Of a stretch of 44,400 nt of DNA, positions 26,479 to 34,835 are shown in pieces. How positions within the stretch are numbered: the first letter of the stretch is position 1; every line of letters starts with the position of its first letter. The DNA comes from Actinomycetota bacterium (GTDB taxonomy: Bacteria; Actinomycetota; Actinomycetes; S36-B12; UBA5976): positions 1 to 44,400 of the forward strand of contig JAFMIT010000002.1 in NCBI GenBank assembly GCA_017853815.1, given 5' to 3'. Position numbers and translations under genes: made by a program. The notes below the pieces were generated by a model that was not told where the DNA came from, searched no databases, and saw nothing but the letters and a program-made list of their open reading frames with translations.

Positions 26479-27423
26479 TTATCCCTGTCTCGCCAAGTCT
26501 GCAGCACCGACGATGCCGGCATCGTTTCCAAGCGTGGCCGCAACAATTGTTGGCAGCGGACGATGCGAGCGCGCCGTCAGACGCACCTCATATTCAGCAC
26601 GAATAGGCGCCAACAAGAGGTCGCCGGCTTCGCACACACCGCCACCGATAACAAAGACTTCTGGATCGAGAAGCGCACTCACCGTGGCCATTCCGCGACC
26701 AAGCTGCTCACCAATTTGATTGAAGGACGCGATGGCCACCGGGCACCCTTGTTGGGCCGCAAGAGTGATGTGCTGACCCTGAATTCCTTCTGGCGTGCCG
26801 TCGCCTAGCGAGAGCAGACGTTGTGCGTCGGTTCGTTGCTGGGCTGCGAGGTGTCGAGCAGTGCGCAACAGCGCATTCCCTGAGGTGTACTGCTCCCAGC
26901 AACCCCGTTGGCCACAGCCACACTCGAGGCCATCTGGAATCAATGTCATGTGACCGACCTCGGCCGCAAAACCAAAAGCGCCGCGCACCAAGCGATCATC
27001 AACAATGACACCGCCGCCGAGTCCAGTTCCAACAGTCAAGATGACGGCATTGGCACGGCCCCGAGCGGCACCAAATCGAGCTTCACCCCACGCGGCGGCG
27101 TTGGCGTCATTTTCGATGAGCACGGGCAGGCCGATACTGCTGGTCAACCGAGCCCCCAGGGCTTCGTTGCGCATGGGGAGATTTGGGGTGAACATCAATG
27201 TGCTGCGAGCGGCGTCTACAAACCCTGGCGCTGCCACGCATACAGCCTCAACCGTGTGCTGTTCACGCAGCTCAAGAACCAGTTCAGCAATCGCGTCGAT
27301 GACTGCCTCGGAAGATAGCGAAGGCGTCGGTCGGCGGTTAGCGGCGACAATCGTGCCGTTTTCGTCGACTACCCCCGCAGCGATTTTGGTTCCACCAAGA
27401 TCGACACCAATTGCCAGAGCCAT
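26479..27423 (-). CDS. ROK family glucokinase
   Basis: IGVDLGGTKIAAGVV, ENDANAAAWGE and the zinc motif CGCGQRGCWEQY. AAGGAG lies 5 nt upstream of the ATG. Confidence 0.85.
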   Translation of the reverse strand: MALAIGVDLGGTKIAAGVVDENGTIVAANRRPTPSLSSEAVIDAIAELVLELREQHTVEAVCVAAPGFVDAARSTLMFTPNLPMRNEALGARLTSSIGLPVLIENDANAAAWGEARFGAARGRANAVILTVGTGLGGGVIVDDRLVRGAFGFAAEVGHMTLIPDGLECGCGQRGCWEQYTSGNALLRTARHLAAQQRTDAQRLLSLGDGTPEGIQGQHITLAAQQGCPVAIASFNQIGEQLGRGMATVSALLDPEVFVIGGGVCEAGDLLLAPIRAEYEVRLTARSHRPLPTIVAATLGNDAGIVGAADLARQG

Positions 27424-27455
27424 ATCTTCTCCTTACAGGGGGCGAAGCCTAATCG

Positions 27456-27962
27456 TCACTTGCCAGACATATTCTTGAAAGCAAGTTTGACGAGATTTGT
27501 AGCTACTGCTTCTGAGAGCTTTTCTGCCATTTCAGGCACCATTGATGTGAGTTTCTCAACGCTTCCCGTCACGCCTGCCATGGCCGACTCAACCAAGTCA
27601 GCGAGATCAGCATCATGTTCCCGAAGTGCACTCACTCCTACGCACAGCGGACACACGCCACAGGTCGAAACGTCATGCTGGGATTCGTTGTCTTCACCAG
27701 TGAGCGGGCGCGATACAACATCCAGGATGGCGGTAACGAGATTGAGTCCAGCGTTCAACGCCGCCGCTTGAGATTCGGGGGTGATGCCGAAAAGCGAGTT
27801 GGACGGCACGTCCGTCGTGCTGCGTGAAGTTTGAGGGGCATCTTGCGGAGTTGGATTTTCGCCCTGAGGGGGCAACGCTGCCGACGTGTGCGGCGCGGTC
27901 GGTTGCGGTGGACCAGTGGATACCCACCACGGCGTGCCGTCAGGATTAGTGGCGCGAGTCAT
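27456..27962 (-). CDS. Hypothetical protein with a Pro/Thr/Gln-rich N-terminal half and a CGVCPLC motif
   Basis: 168 aa. Its ATG overlaps the TGA of the upstream SRPBCC gene (ATGA). I recognise no family with confidence. Confidence 0.5.
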   Translation of the reverse strand: MTRATNPDGTPWWVSTGPPQPTAPHTSAALPPQGENPTPQDAPQTSRSTTDVPSNSLFGITPESQAAALNAGLNLVTAILDVVSRPLTGEDNESQHDVSTCGVCPLCVGVSALREHDADLADLVESAMAGVTGSVEKLTSMVPEMAEKLSEAVATNLVKLAFKNMSGK

Positions 27963-28390
27963 CGAAGTGACTCCACTCGCTTCTTCAGGCCTTCCAAGGC
28001 CGTGCTGACGATAGTTTTCTCAGCAGCCCGCTTAATAAAGCCTGGCAGAGACATCGCAAGCGAGATCTCGAGTTCATAGGTGACTTTGGTGCGTTCGCCC
28101 TCTGCGACCCATTCGTATTTGCCGTTCATGCCGGTGACGGCCACTCCATGTGCAAGCGACCACGAAACATGCCCATCCGCCCATGAGTAAACGAGCTCCA
28201 CGCGATCTTGGATAGGTCCACCTGAAACCGAGAAACGAGCCCTTCGAGGGAGATCGCCTTCCCATTCCACCACTTCAATATCGGACATTCCGTTCGTCCA
28301 CAGTGGGTAAGTCATGATGTCGGCCAGCACAGAGCGCACCGCAAGAACATCCGCATCAATCGTGATTGTTCCGGTCGTCATATCAGCCAC
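27959..28390 (-). CDS. SRPBCC (polyketide cyclase/dehydrase-like) family protein
   Basis: 143 aa, with the ITIDADVLAVRSVLADIMTYPLW...YEL pattern of SRPBCC proteins. The position matches TB16.3 (Rv2185c) in the mycobacterial map. Confidence 0.68.
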   Translation of the reverse strand: MADMTTGTITIDADVLAVRSVLADIMTYPLWTNGMSDIEVVEWEGDLPRRARFSVSGGPIQDRVELVYSWADGHVSWSLAHGVAVTGMNGKYEWVAEGERTKVTYELEISLAMSLPGFIKRAAEKTIVSTALEGLKKRVESLR

Positions 28391-28396
28391 AACCCA

Positions 28397-28402
28397 AATC
28401 TA
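28397..28402 (-). promoter_or_regulatory. Putative -10 element TAGATT, 6 nt upstream of the SRPBCC GTG (leaderless)
   Basis: The minus strand reads TAGATT-tgggtt-GTG. Confidence 0.4.
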
Positions 28403-28448
28403 TTCAGGCATTGGTCATTGATACCAGCGGGTAGGCAATCCCCCTCAA

Positions 28449-28473
28449 GGCTGTGTGGCATGGCAACACAGCC
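28449..28473. promoter_or_regulatory. Inverted repeat GGCTGTGT-n9-ACACAGCC upstream of the fatty-acid CoA ligase gene (candidate operator)
   Basis: Read directly. The 8-bp arms are separated by the spacer ggcatggca. Confidence 0.25.
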
Positions 28474-28511
28474 AGCGCTACTTTCTGCTTACCGACGTAC
28501 CGGAGGACAAC

Positions 28512-30317
28512 GTGCAGCAATTCACCGTTCCAGCCATCGCGCCTTATCCCAGCAGCGGCAGTTTGACCGATGCATTGCTTCTGCACGCATCGACCCAATC
28601 AGACAAACCTGTCCTCGTTCGTCGCGACGGCGCCGACTGGCATGAGCTCTCTTCTCAAGAATTCCTTGACGAGGTCAGAGCAGTAGCGAAAGGTTTTGCA
28701 GCGAGTGGTCTGAAACCAGGTGACCGCGTCGCCTTGATGTCACGAACTCGGTTCGATTGGACCATCGCGGATTATGCAATTTGGTATGCAGGTTGCATCA
28801 CTGTCCCGATTTATGAAACGTCGAGTGCAGAACAGATGCAGTGGATCATCTCTGATTCTGATGCCGCAGCGATCCTCGTCGAAACAGAATCTAATCTTCA
28901 AATGCTCGACGAAATCCGCTCACAAGTTCCCTCAATTTCGCACACCTGGATTTTCGATCGCGGAGCGTTGAGTGAACTTCGCAATGCGGGCGCCTGGATT
29001 AGCGATGAAGATATCGACGCCCGTCGAGCCGCAGTCACCCCTCAAGACGTCGCGACCATCATCTACACATCAGGAACGACTGGACGCCCTAAGGGCTGCG
29101 TCGTGACGCATGGCAATTTCGCTTTCTTGGCTCGAAACGTCATTCCGTCTGTCCCAGAGGTGTTCGCAGATCGAAGCACTTCTACCCTCCTGTTCTTGCC
29201 GCTTGCGCACGTTTTTGGTCGCATCATTGAGATCGCAATGGTCGAAGCTGGTCTAAAAATTGCCTTCGCTCCAGACATCAAGAACTTGGTCGCTGACCTC
29301 CAGTCATTCAAGCCAAACTTCTTGTTGGCCGTGCCGCGCGTCTTCGAAAAAGTCTTCAATGGCGCCCAACAGAAGGCCACCAATGAAGGCAAAGAGAAGA
29401 TTTTCAATGCGGCTGCCGAAACCGCTATTGCCTACAGCCGAGCGATTGCTTCCGGACACATTTCTCTAAGCCTCAAGCTCAAGCATGCTCTTTTCGACAA
29501 ACTTGTTTACGGAAAGTTGCGCCTCGCTATGGGCGGAAACGTTCGCTGGTCCGTGTCTGGCGGCGCTGCACTCGGAGACCGGCTTGGACATTTCTTCCGA
29601 GGTATCGGACTGACCATTTTGGAAGGCTACGGCCTGACCGAAACCTCGTCTGCGTCGACCGTGAACATCCCCGCGTTTATCAAAGTCGGCAGCGTTGGTC
29701 GACCGATTCCCGGTGTGACCATTCGCATTGCCGACGACGGCGAAGTGCTCGTTTCTGGCGCACATGTGTTTCAGGGCTATCACAAGAACGAAGCCGCAAC
29801 TCGCGAAGCCATCGATAGTGACGGCTGGTTCCATACTGGCGACATCGGCAAACTAGACGATGAGGGTTACCTCTTTATCACTGGGCGTAAGAAGGAACTG
29901 TTGGTTACCGCGGGCGGAAAGAATGTTGCGCCTGCTGTCATTGAAGATCGACTTCGTGCCAACTGGCTGATCGGCCAGTGCATGGTCGTTGGAGACGGCA
30001 AACCATTTATTGGCTGCCTCATCACTGCGGACCCCGAATCAGTGCCGCAGTGGCTTAAGCGTCACGAACTAGATCCAGCGACAACGTTTGAAGAACTTGT
30101 GGTCAATGAAGCTTTCCGAGCTGACATTCAAGAAGCAGTCGACAACGCGAACCAAGCTGTTTCGAAAGCCGAGTCAATCCGAAAGTGGACGCTTATCGAC
30201 GCTGATTGGTCAGTGGATTCCGGTCATCTCACGCCATCGATGAAACTCAAGCGCAACATCGTTGAAGTGGAATACGCAGACGCCATCAACGCGCTCTACG
30301 ACGGCGTTAACGAATAA
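28512..30317 (+). CDS. Long-chain fatty-acid--CoA ligase (FadD15-like AMP-dependent synthetase)
   Basis: AMP-binding motif IIYTSGTTGRPKG, then GYGLTETS and GDIG..DDEGYLFITGRKK. I placed the start at GTG 28512, after CGGAGGA, not at the ORF-track 28455. Confidence 0.85.
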   Translation: MQQFTVPAIAPYPSSGSLTDALLLHASTQSDKPVLVRRDGADWHELSSQEFLDEVRAVAKGFAASGLKPGDRVALMSRTRFDWTIADYAIWYAGCITVPIYETSSAEQMQWIISDSDAAAILVETESNLQMLDEIRSQVPSISHTWIFDRGALSELRNAGAWISDEDIDARRAAVTPQDVATIIYTSGTTGRPKGCVVTHGNFAFLARNVIPSVPEVFADRSTSTLLFLPLAHVFGRIIEIAMVEAGLKIAFAPDIKNLVADLQSFKPNFLLAVPRVFEKVFNGAQQKATNEGKEKIFNAAAETAIAYSRAIASGHISLSLKLKHALFDKLVYGKLRLAMGGNVRWSVSGGAALGDRLGHFFRGIGLTILEGYGLTETSSASTVNIPAFIKVGSVGRPIPGVTIRIADDGEVLVSGAHVFQGYHKNEAATREAIDSDGWFHTGDIGKLDDEGYLFITGRKKELLVTAGGKNVAPAVIEDRLRANWLIGQCMVVGDGKPFIGCLITADPESVPQWLKRHELDPATTFEELVVNEAFRADIQEAVDNANQAVSKAESIRKWTLIDADWSVDSGHLTPSMKLKRNIVEVEYADAINALYDGVNE

Positions 30318-31356
30318 CTCGACCGAAGCCCGAGAGTCGTGCGCGGTAGTACGACTCCGACAGTGACGAGACAATGACACCGCTGCCGTAACTGGCTGCG
30401 TGGACAAAGTTGTTGTTGCCGATGTACATGGCAACATGACGAATGCCTCGGAAGAAGAACACGAGATCGCCGGGTCGAAGCTGTGAGCGCGAAACACGCT
30501 TGGTCTGTGACCATTGCGCCATCGAGTAATGCGAAAGGCTAACGCCCACCTGACGGTAAGCCATCATGGTAAGTCCCGAGCAGTCATAAGAACTTGGACC
30601 GCTAGCGCCCATCGAGTAGCGGTCGCCCACCTGACGAAGGGCGTAGCGCAACACAGATCGCAGTCGATTACTCACTTTCGCAGAGATAACCGCCTGTTTT
30701 GCCTTCTTGGCCTTTAGCGCCTGCGCTTTCTTCAGCGCCGCGAGCCGAGCAGCGCGCTTCTTGCGATCAGCGGCTTGAAGCGAGTTGAGCAACTTCTCCG
30801 CTGACGCGAGTTTGGATTCCACTGTACGTCGACGGTCATTGCTCTTCGCGGCGAGTTTGGCGGCCGTCTTCTGCTCGACCTTGAGCTCTGCCTTGCTCTG
30901 CTTTAAATCAATATTCGCGGCCAAAATCCGGCGAAGGGAAGCTTCCTGGCGAACACCAACGATCGAGATTGCATCGAGTCGAGTCAAGAAGCCAGCCGGA
31001 TCAGTGGCAATCATTGCTTGGATATCGAGATCGATGCCGCCACTCTTGTAGAGCGACCGAATGATTCCGTTGAGGTCCTTGCTGAGGTCCTTGTATCGCT
31101 CCTGCTGGCGCTGAGACTTCTTGCTCAAGGCGGCGATGCGGCGATTGACTTTCGCTAGCGCAATGCGCGCTTCGTTCCACTGTTCTGCGGCCAAGGCAGC
31201 TTCTTCTTGAAGTTTTTGAACCTGTCGCTCAACATCATCCAAACGGCTCATGGCGACGGTGATGTGGGCAGCTTCAACTGGCGCTGTGAGCCCAAAAGTC
31301 AACGCTGCTGCAAGAAGTGAAACCGCAAGTTTCAGGCGGGAAGTGCCAGTGACCAT
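30307..31356 (-). CDS. Secreted NlpC/P60 peptidoglycan endopeptidase with an N-terminal coiled coil (RipC-like)
   Basis: A signal peptide is followed by a long Ala/Lys/Gln-rich coiled coil and a C-terminal YSMGASGPSSYDCSGL...HVAMYIG catalytic Cys/His domain. Confidence 0.85.
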   Translation of the reverse strand: MVTGTSRLKLAVSLLAAALTFGLTAPVEAAHITVAMSRLDDVERQVQKLQEEAALAAEQWNEARIALAKVNRRIAALSKKSQRQQERYKDLSKDLNGIIRSLYKSGGIDLDIQAMIATDPAGFLTRLDAISIVGVRQEASLRRILAANIDLKQSKAELKVEQKTAAKLAAKSNDRRRTVESKLASAEKLLNSLQAADRKKRAARLAALKKAQALKAKKAKQAVISAKVSNRLRSVLRYALRQVGDRYSMGASGPSSYDCSGLTMMAYRQVGVSLSHYSMAQWSQTKRVSRSQLRPGDLVFFFRGIRHVAMYIGNNNFVHAASYGSGVIVSSLSESYYRARLSGFGRVIR

Positions 31357-31362
31357 TGGGTC

Positions 31363-31368
31363 AAACTA
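31363..31368 (-). promoter_or_regulatory. Putative -10 element TAGTTT, 6 nt upstream of the NlpC/P60 ATG (leaderless)
   Basis: The minus strand reads TAGTTT-gaccca-ATG. Confidence 0.4.
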
Positions 31369-31425
31369 GCAACCAAACCGGTATCGCGGGCCGAAAACAC
31401 GCTCAGAAACGGACTTATGGGACAT

Positions 31426-31641
31426 TTATGAGACGATTCTTAAACGCTTTGCTGGAATCTCGTCGGGCGTTTCGGGGCCGGCCATACGCACATGTGGCAC
31501 GAGTCCAGCCTCAGCCATGACTTCCATCGCTGCGAGCTCGTCGTTCGTAATCTCTCCACTGGGGAAGCTCAAGAACAGAGACACGACGCAATCACCACAA
31601 GCGATGTCACGTTGAGTGCAGGTTGAGCAATCTACTTTCAT
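31426..31641 (-). CDS. Small hypothetical protein with a CxxC-x6-CxxC motif
   Basis: MKVDCSTCTQRDIACGDCVVSLF. The ATG at 31641 is preceded by GGAGGA, which I prefer over the ORF-track TTG at 31680. Confidence 0.5.
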   Translation of the reverse strand: MKVDCSTCTQRDIACGDCVVSLFLSFPSGEITNDELAAMEVMAEAGLVPHVRMAGPETPDEIPAKRLRIVS

Positions 31642-31683
31642 CTTTCCTCCTGCCGTGAACGTAGGCAGCAGGTCTGACAAAAG

Positions 31684-31950
31684 TTAGTTCAGCGTGTCGG
31701 GTTCGGCGCTCGGTCCACCCGCTGCTGGCCGAAGGACGTGCTCGATTTCGTCAACCGCACCACACCAGCGACATGAAATTGACGTCACATCTTCGGAAAG
31801 GGTCTCTGAGGTATCGACCTGATGATCACCGGCCATGTCGAAATGCCAAAACTCTTTGACGGTGCTCGTTCGCACGATATCGAAGCGCGTCAAATTTCCA
31901 CAGCGTCCGCAACGCAGACGGTGATCCTGATTAGGCAAAGACAAAGTCAT
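31684..31950 (-). CDS. Small hypothetical zinc-ribbon-like protein (CxxC ... CxxC)
   Basis: MTLSLPNQDHRLRCGRCGN...SISCRWCGAVDE. The start at ATG 31950 is supported by TACGAT 6 nt upstream. Confidence 0.5.
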   Translation of the reverse strand: MTLSLPNQDHRLRCGRCGNLTRFDIVRTSTVKEFWHFDMAGDHQVDTSETLSEDVTSISCRWCGAVDEIEHVLRPAAGGPSAEPDTLN

Positions 31951-31956
31951 AAGCCA

Positions 31957-31962
31957 ATCGTA
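31957..31962 (-). promoter_or_regulatory. Putative -10 element TACGAT, 6 nt upstream of the zinc-ribbon gene ATG (leaderless)
   Basis: The minus strand reads TACGAT-tggctt-ATG. Confidence 0.4.
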
Positions 31963-31999
31963 CTGACCGACCGACACATGGTTTGTGGGTGCAGACGTT

Positions 32000-32005
32000 T
32001 AGGTT
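32000..32005 (+). promoter_or_regulatory. Putative -10 element TAGGTT, 6 nt upstream of the exonuclease/GIY-YIG gene GTG (leaderless)
   Basis: taggtt-tcgctc-GTG(32012). Confidence 0.4.
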
Positions 32006-32011
32006 TCGCTC

Positions 32012-33751
32012 GTGCAAATCGATCTCGGCTTCGACAGTCTGGGCACTCCCCTGTCTAAGACAACTTTTGTCGTGGTCGACCTCGAAACAAACGGCGGCTC
32101 AGCCCAAGAGGCTGGTATCACCGAAATTGGGGCAGTCAAAGTCCTAGGCGGTGAAGTCATTGGCGAATTCCAAACCCTCATCAATCCGGGCACCGGAATT
32201 CCGCCTTTCATCGCGCTTCTCACCGGCATCACCGAAGCAATGATCGGTCCTGCGCCGAAGCTCGGCGAAGTGCTCCCAAGCTTTTGGGAGTGGGCCGGCG
32301 ACGCTGTGCTAGTGGCGCACAACGCCCCTTTTGATATTGGTTTCTTAAAAGCAGCTAACGCCAAGCATGGAATCGCATGGCACTCCCCCGGAGTCCTCGA
32401 CACTGTGACTCTCGCAAAAGCGGCACTCATCCGGGACGAAGTTCCCAATCGCAAACTCGGAACACTTGCTGCCTATTTCAATTCACCAACAGAACCAGTT
32501 CACCGCGCACTCGCCGACGCACGCGCAACCGTCCATGTGATGCACTGCCTTTTCGAGCGTCTCGGAAGCCTAGGAATCACAACCATTGATGAGACGCTCG
32601 CACTCTCAACCGTGATCAAACCTGCTCAGCGTAAAAAGCGACATCTTGCGACCAACTTGCCAGACTCACCTGGCGTATACATTTTTCAAGACGACCGCCA
32701 ACGTGCCCTCTACATCGGCAAGTCTCGCAATATTCGCAAGCGCGCGATGAGCTACTTCACAAGAAGTGAGACCCGAGATCGCATCAGTCGCATGATTGAT
32801 CTCGCAACCGCCATTGCAGCGATCCCTTGCTACACAGAACTCGAGGCAAGCGTCCGCGAATTACGCCTCATCCGAGAAACCAAGCCGCCGTATAACCAGG
32901 CAAGCAAACGCACCGAAAAGACCATTTGGATTCGTCTTACTCGGGAGCCATACCCCCGCCTCAGTGCTGTGCGCGAAGTGCGTGCCGATCTGGGATCGAT
33001 GCATCTTGGTCCGGTTCGATCCATGGAACAAGCGACGCTGGTGATTGATGCCATCACCACCGCGATTGGACTGCGTACCTGTACCCCCAAACTCAGCATC
33101 AAGAAGGCCACCTCCTCATGTGCATTGGCAGACATGGGCCGGTGTACCGCGCCTTGTGAACTTCGAATCACACCAGAGGACTACGGCCAACTCGTGGCAA
33201 TACTCGAATCCGCTGCGAGCGGGCATTCACTCATTGAAGAAGCTCTCGAGCGCAGAATTAATGAGTGCGCAATCAACGAGAGGTACGAGGAGGCTGCACT
33301 TCTGAGAGATCGGCTCTGGGGTTGGCTCTCGACGGCAGCACGCTCCCAAAGGCTTTCGGCCTTTACACGCATAGAAGAAATCGTTGCGTGTTCACCGTCG
33401 GGCGACGGTTGGGATATTCACGTGATTCGCTTTGGAGCTCTCGCTGGCGCTGCGTTCGCGAACTCGACCCAAGACGTGCTGACGGTCGCGGAACAGACTT
33501 TGAAGACTTCACAACACTTCGACAAGCCAGCTCTGCCTGCGCCCGCTCACTCGGTGTCAGAGGCAAACCTCATTCTGTCGTGGCTCACTCAACCTGGCGT
33601 ACGACTCATTTCCGTGTCTGAACCGTGGCTGACACCGTTTCCGAGTCATCAATCAAAGAGAGATGAGATCGCCGCACTTGAAACCGCGCGCAACAATTCC
33701 GCGCATGTTGTGCAGGTTAAGAAGTTTGCTGCGTTTACTGCGCCGCGGTAG
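32012..33751 (+). CDS. DEDD (DnaQ-like) 3'-5' exonuclease domain fused to a GIY-YIG / UvrC-N-like nuclease domain (Rv2191-like)
   Basis: The Exo motifs are FVVVDLETNG, VAHNAPFDIGFL and HRALADARAT. The GIY-YIG region is PGVYIFQDDRQRALYIGKSRNIRKRAMSYF...ELRLIRETKPPYNQ. Confidence 0.8.
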   Translation: MQIDLGFDSLGTPLSKTTFVVVDLETNGGSAQEAGITEIGAVKVLGGEVIGEFQTLINPGTGIPPFIALLTGITEAMIGPAPKLGEVLPSFWEWAGDAVLVAHNAPFDIGFLKAANAKHGIAWHSPGVLDTVTLAKAALIRDEVPNRKLGTLAAYFNSPTEPVHRALADARATVHVMHCLFERLGSLGITTIDETLALSTVIKPAQRKKRHLATNLPDSPGVYIFQDDRQRALYIGKSRNIRKRAMSYFTRSETRDRISRMIDLATAIAAIPCYTELEASVRELRLIRETKPPYNQASKRTEKTIWIRLTREPYPRLSAVREVRADLGSMHLGPVRSMEQATLVIDAITTAIGLRTCTPKLSIKKATSSCALADMGRCTAPCELRITPEDYGQLVAILESAASGHSLIEEALERRINECAINERYEEAALLRDRLWGWLSTAARSQRLSAFTRIEEIVACSPSGDGWDIHVIRFGALAGAAFANSTQDVLTVAEQTLKTSQHFDKPALPAPAHSVSEANLILSWLTQPGVRLISVSEPWLTPFPSHQSKRDEIAALETARNNSAHVVQVKKFAAFTAPR

Positions 33752-33763
33752 CAGCCCCAGGAA

Positions 33764-34825
33764 TCAGGCCTGCGTGTAAGTCTGAGTCGTCGAAACCCAC
33801 TGATCAAGAACTTCTTCGGCCCCACCCGTATCAAGCAAATGCTTTGCCAATTCGAAATTCGACGCGAGCGATGACCGAAGATCTTCGATAGGTGCTGAGA
33901 CAGCGTCGACAGTAGTGAGCGCTGCCGCCGCATTGAGGCACACCGCATCTCTGATTGCGGGGTAAGACTTCTCGCGGGTGAAGAGATCACGAATTATTCG
34001 TGCATTGAACTCGGCATCACCACCACGAAGTGCATCCGCATCCTTGGTCTTAATACCAAGAGTCATCGGATCGAACGTGAGCTCCACAACTTCGCCACCC
34101 AACGCGGACCAGATAGTCGATGGCCCATGAATCGATAGCTCATCAAGGCCTTCATTGCCACGTACGACAAGTGCTTTGGTGCCGCGATCGAACAGAACCT
34201 GCGCCATCGTGCGACCAATCGCAGCGTTTGCGACGCCGACCACTTGCGCCCTTGGCTGCGCGGGGTTCGCTAGTGGTCCAAGAATGTTGAATACCGTCGG
34301 AATGCCGAGTTCGCGCCGAATCGGCCCAACGTGTCGCAGGGCAGGGTGAAACGCCTGTGCAAAGTAAAAAGTGATGCCACATTTTTCGGCCACTTCTGAA
34401 ACGGCTGGTGCCGGCAGATCAAGTCTCACGCCGAGCTGCTCGAGAACATCCGCGGATCCACATTTGCTCGATGCCGCACGATTGCCGTGCTTAACAACTT
34501 TCGCGGAGCCTGCAGCGGCCACCACAATCGCGGCCATGGTCGAGATATTGACCGTATGCGAACCATCGCCGCCAGTTCCGCACGTATCAACAGTGACACC
34601 AGACACCGACGCAGGAACTGCATGTTTCAGCATGACATCAACCAGTGCGGAAATGTCGTCTGCAGTTTCGCCTTTAGCTTTCAGCGCGGTGAGGAATGCA
34701 GAGATGTGCGACGGCTGAGCCTGACCCGTCATCATTTGTTCCATTGCCCAGGAGGCATTCGCCGGCGCGAGTTCACGCTCGACAAGAAGCTCGGTCAGAA
34801 CCTGTGGCCAGGACGTGGAAGACAC
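33764..34825 (-). CDS. trpD: Anthranilate phosphoribosyltransferase
   Basis: VDTCGTGGDGSHTVNIST, KHGNRAASSKCGSADVLE and the size are typical of TrpD. It lies away from other trp genes, as in mycobacteria. Confidence 0.93.
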   Translation of the reverse strand: MSSTSWPQVLTELLVERELAPANASWAMEQMMTGQAQPSHISAFLTALKAKGETADDISALVDVMLKHAVPASVSGVTVDTCGTGGDGSHTVNISTMAAIVVAAAGSAKVVKHGNRAASSKCGSADVLEQLGVRLDLPAPAVSEVAEKCGITFYFAQAFHPALRHVGPIRRELGIPTVFNILGPLANPAQPRAQVVGVANAAIGRTMAQVLFDRGTKALVVRGNEGLDELSIHGPSTIWSALGGEVVELTFDPMTLGIKTKDADALRGGDAEFNARIIRDLFTREKSYPAIRDAVCLNAAAALTTVDAVSAPIEDLRSSLASNFELAKHLLDTGGAEEVLDQWVSTTQTYTQA

Positions 34826-34835
34826 TGCTGAAAGG

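Noticed and set aside
31357-31425. A possible ydaO/c-di-AMP-type riboswitch, which often precedes actinobacterial NlpC/P60 and rpf genes
   Set aside because: The spacer is only 69 bp, and a -10-like box sits 6 nt from the ATG. There is no room for a riboswitch aptamer of more than 100 nt.
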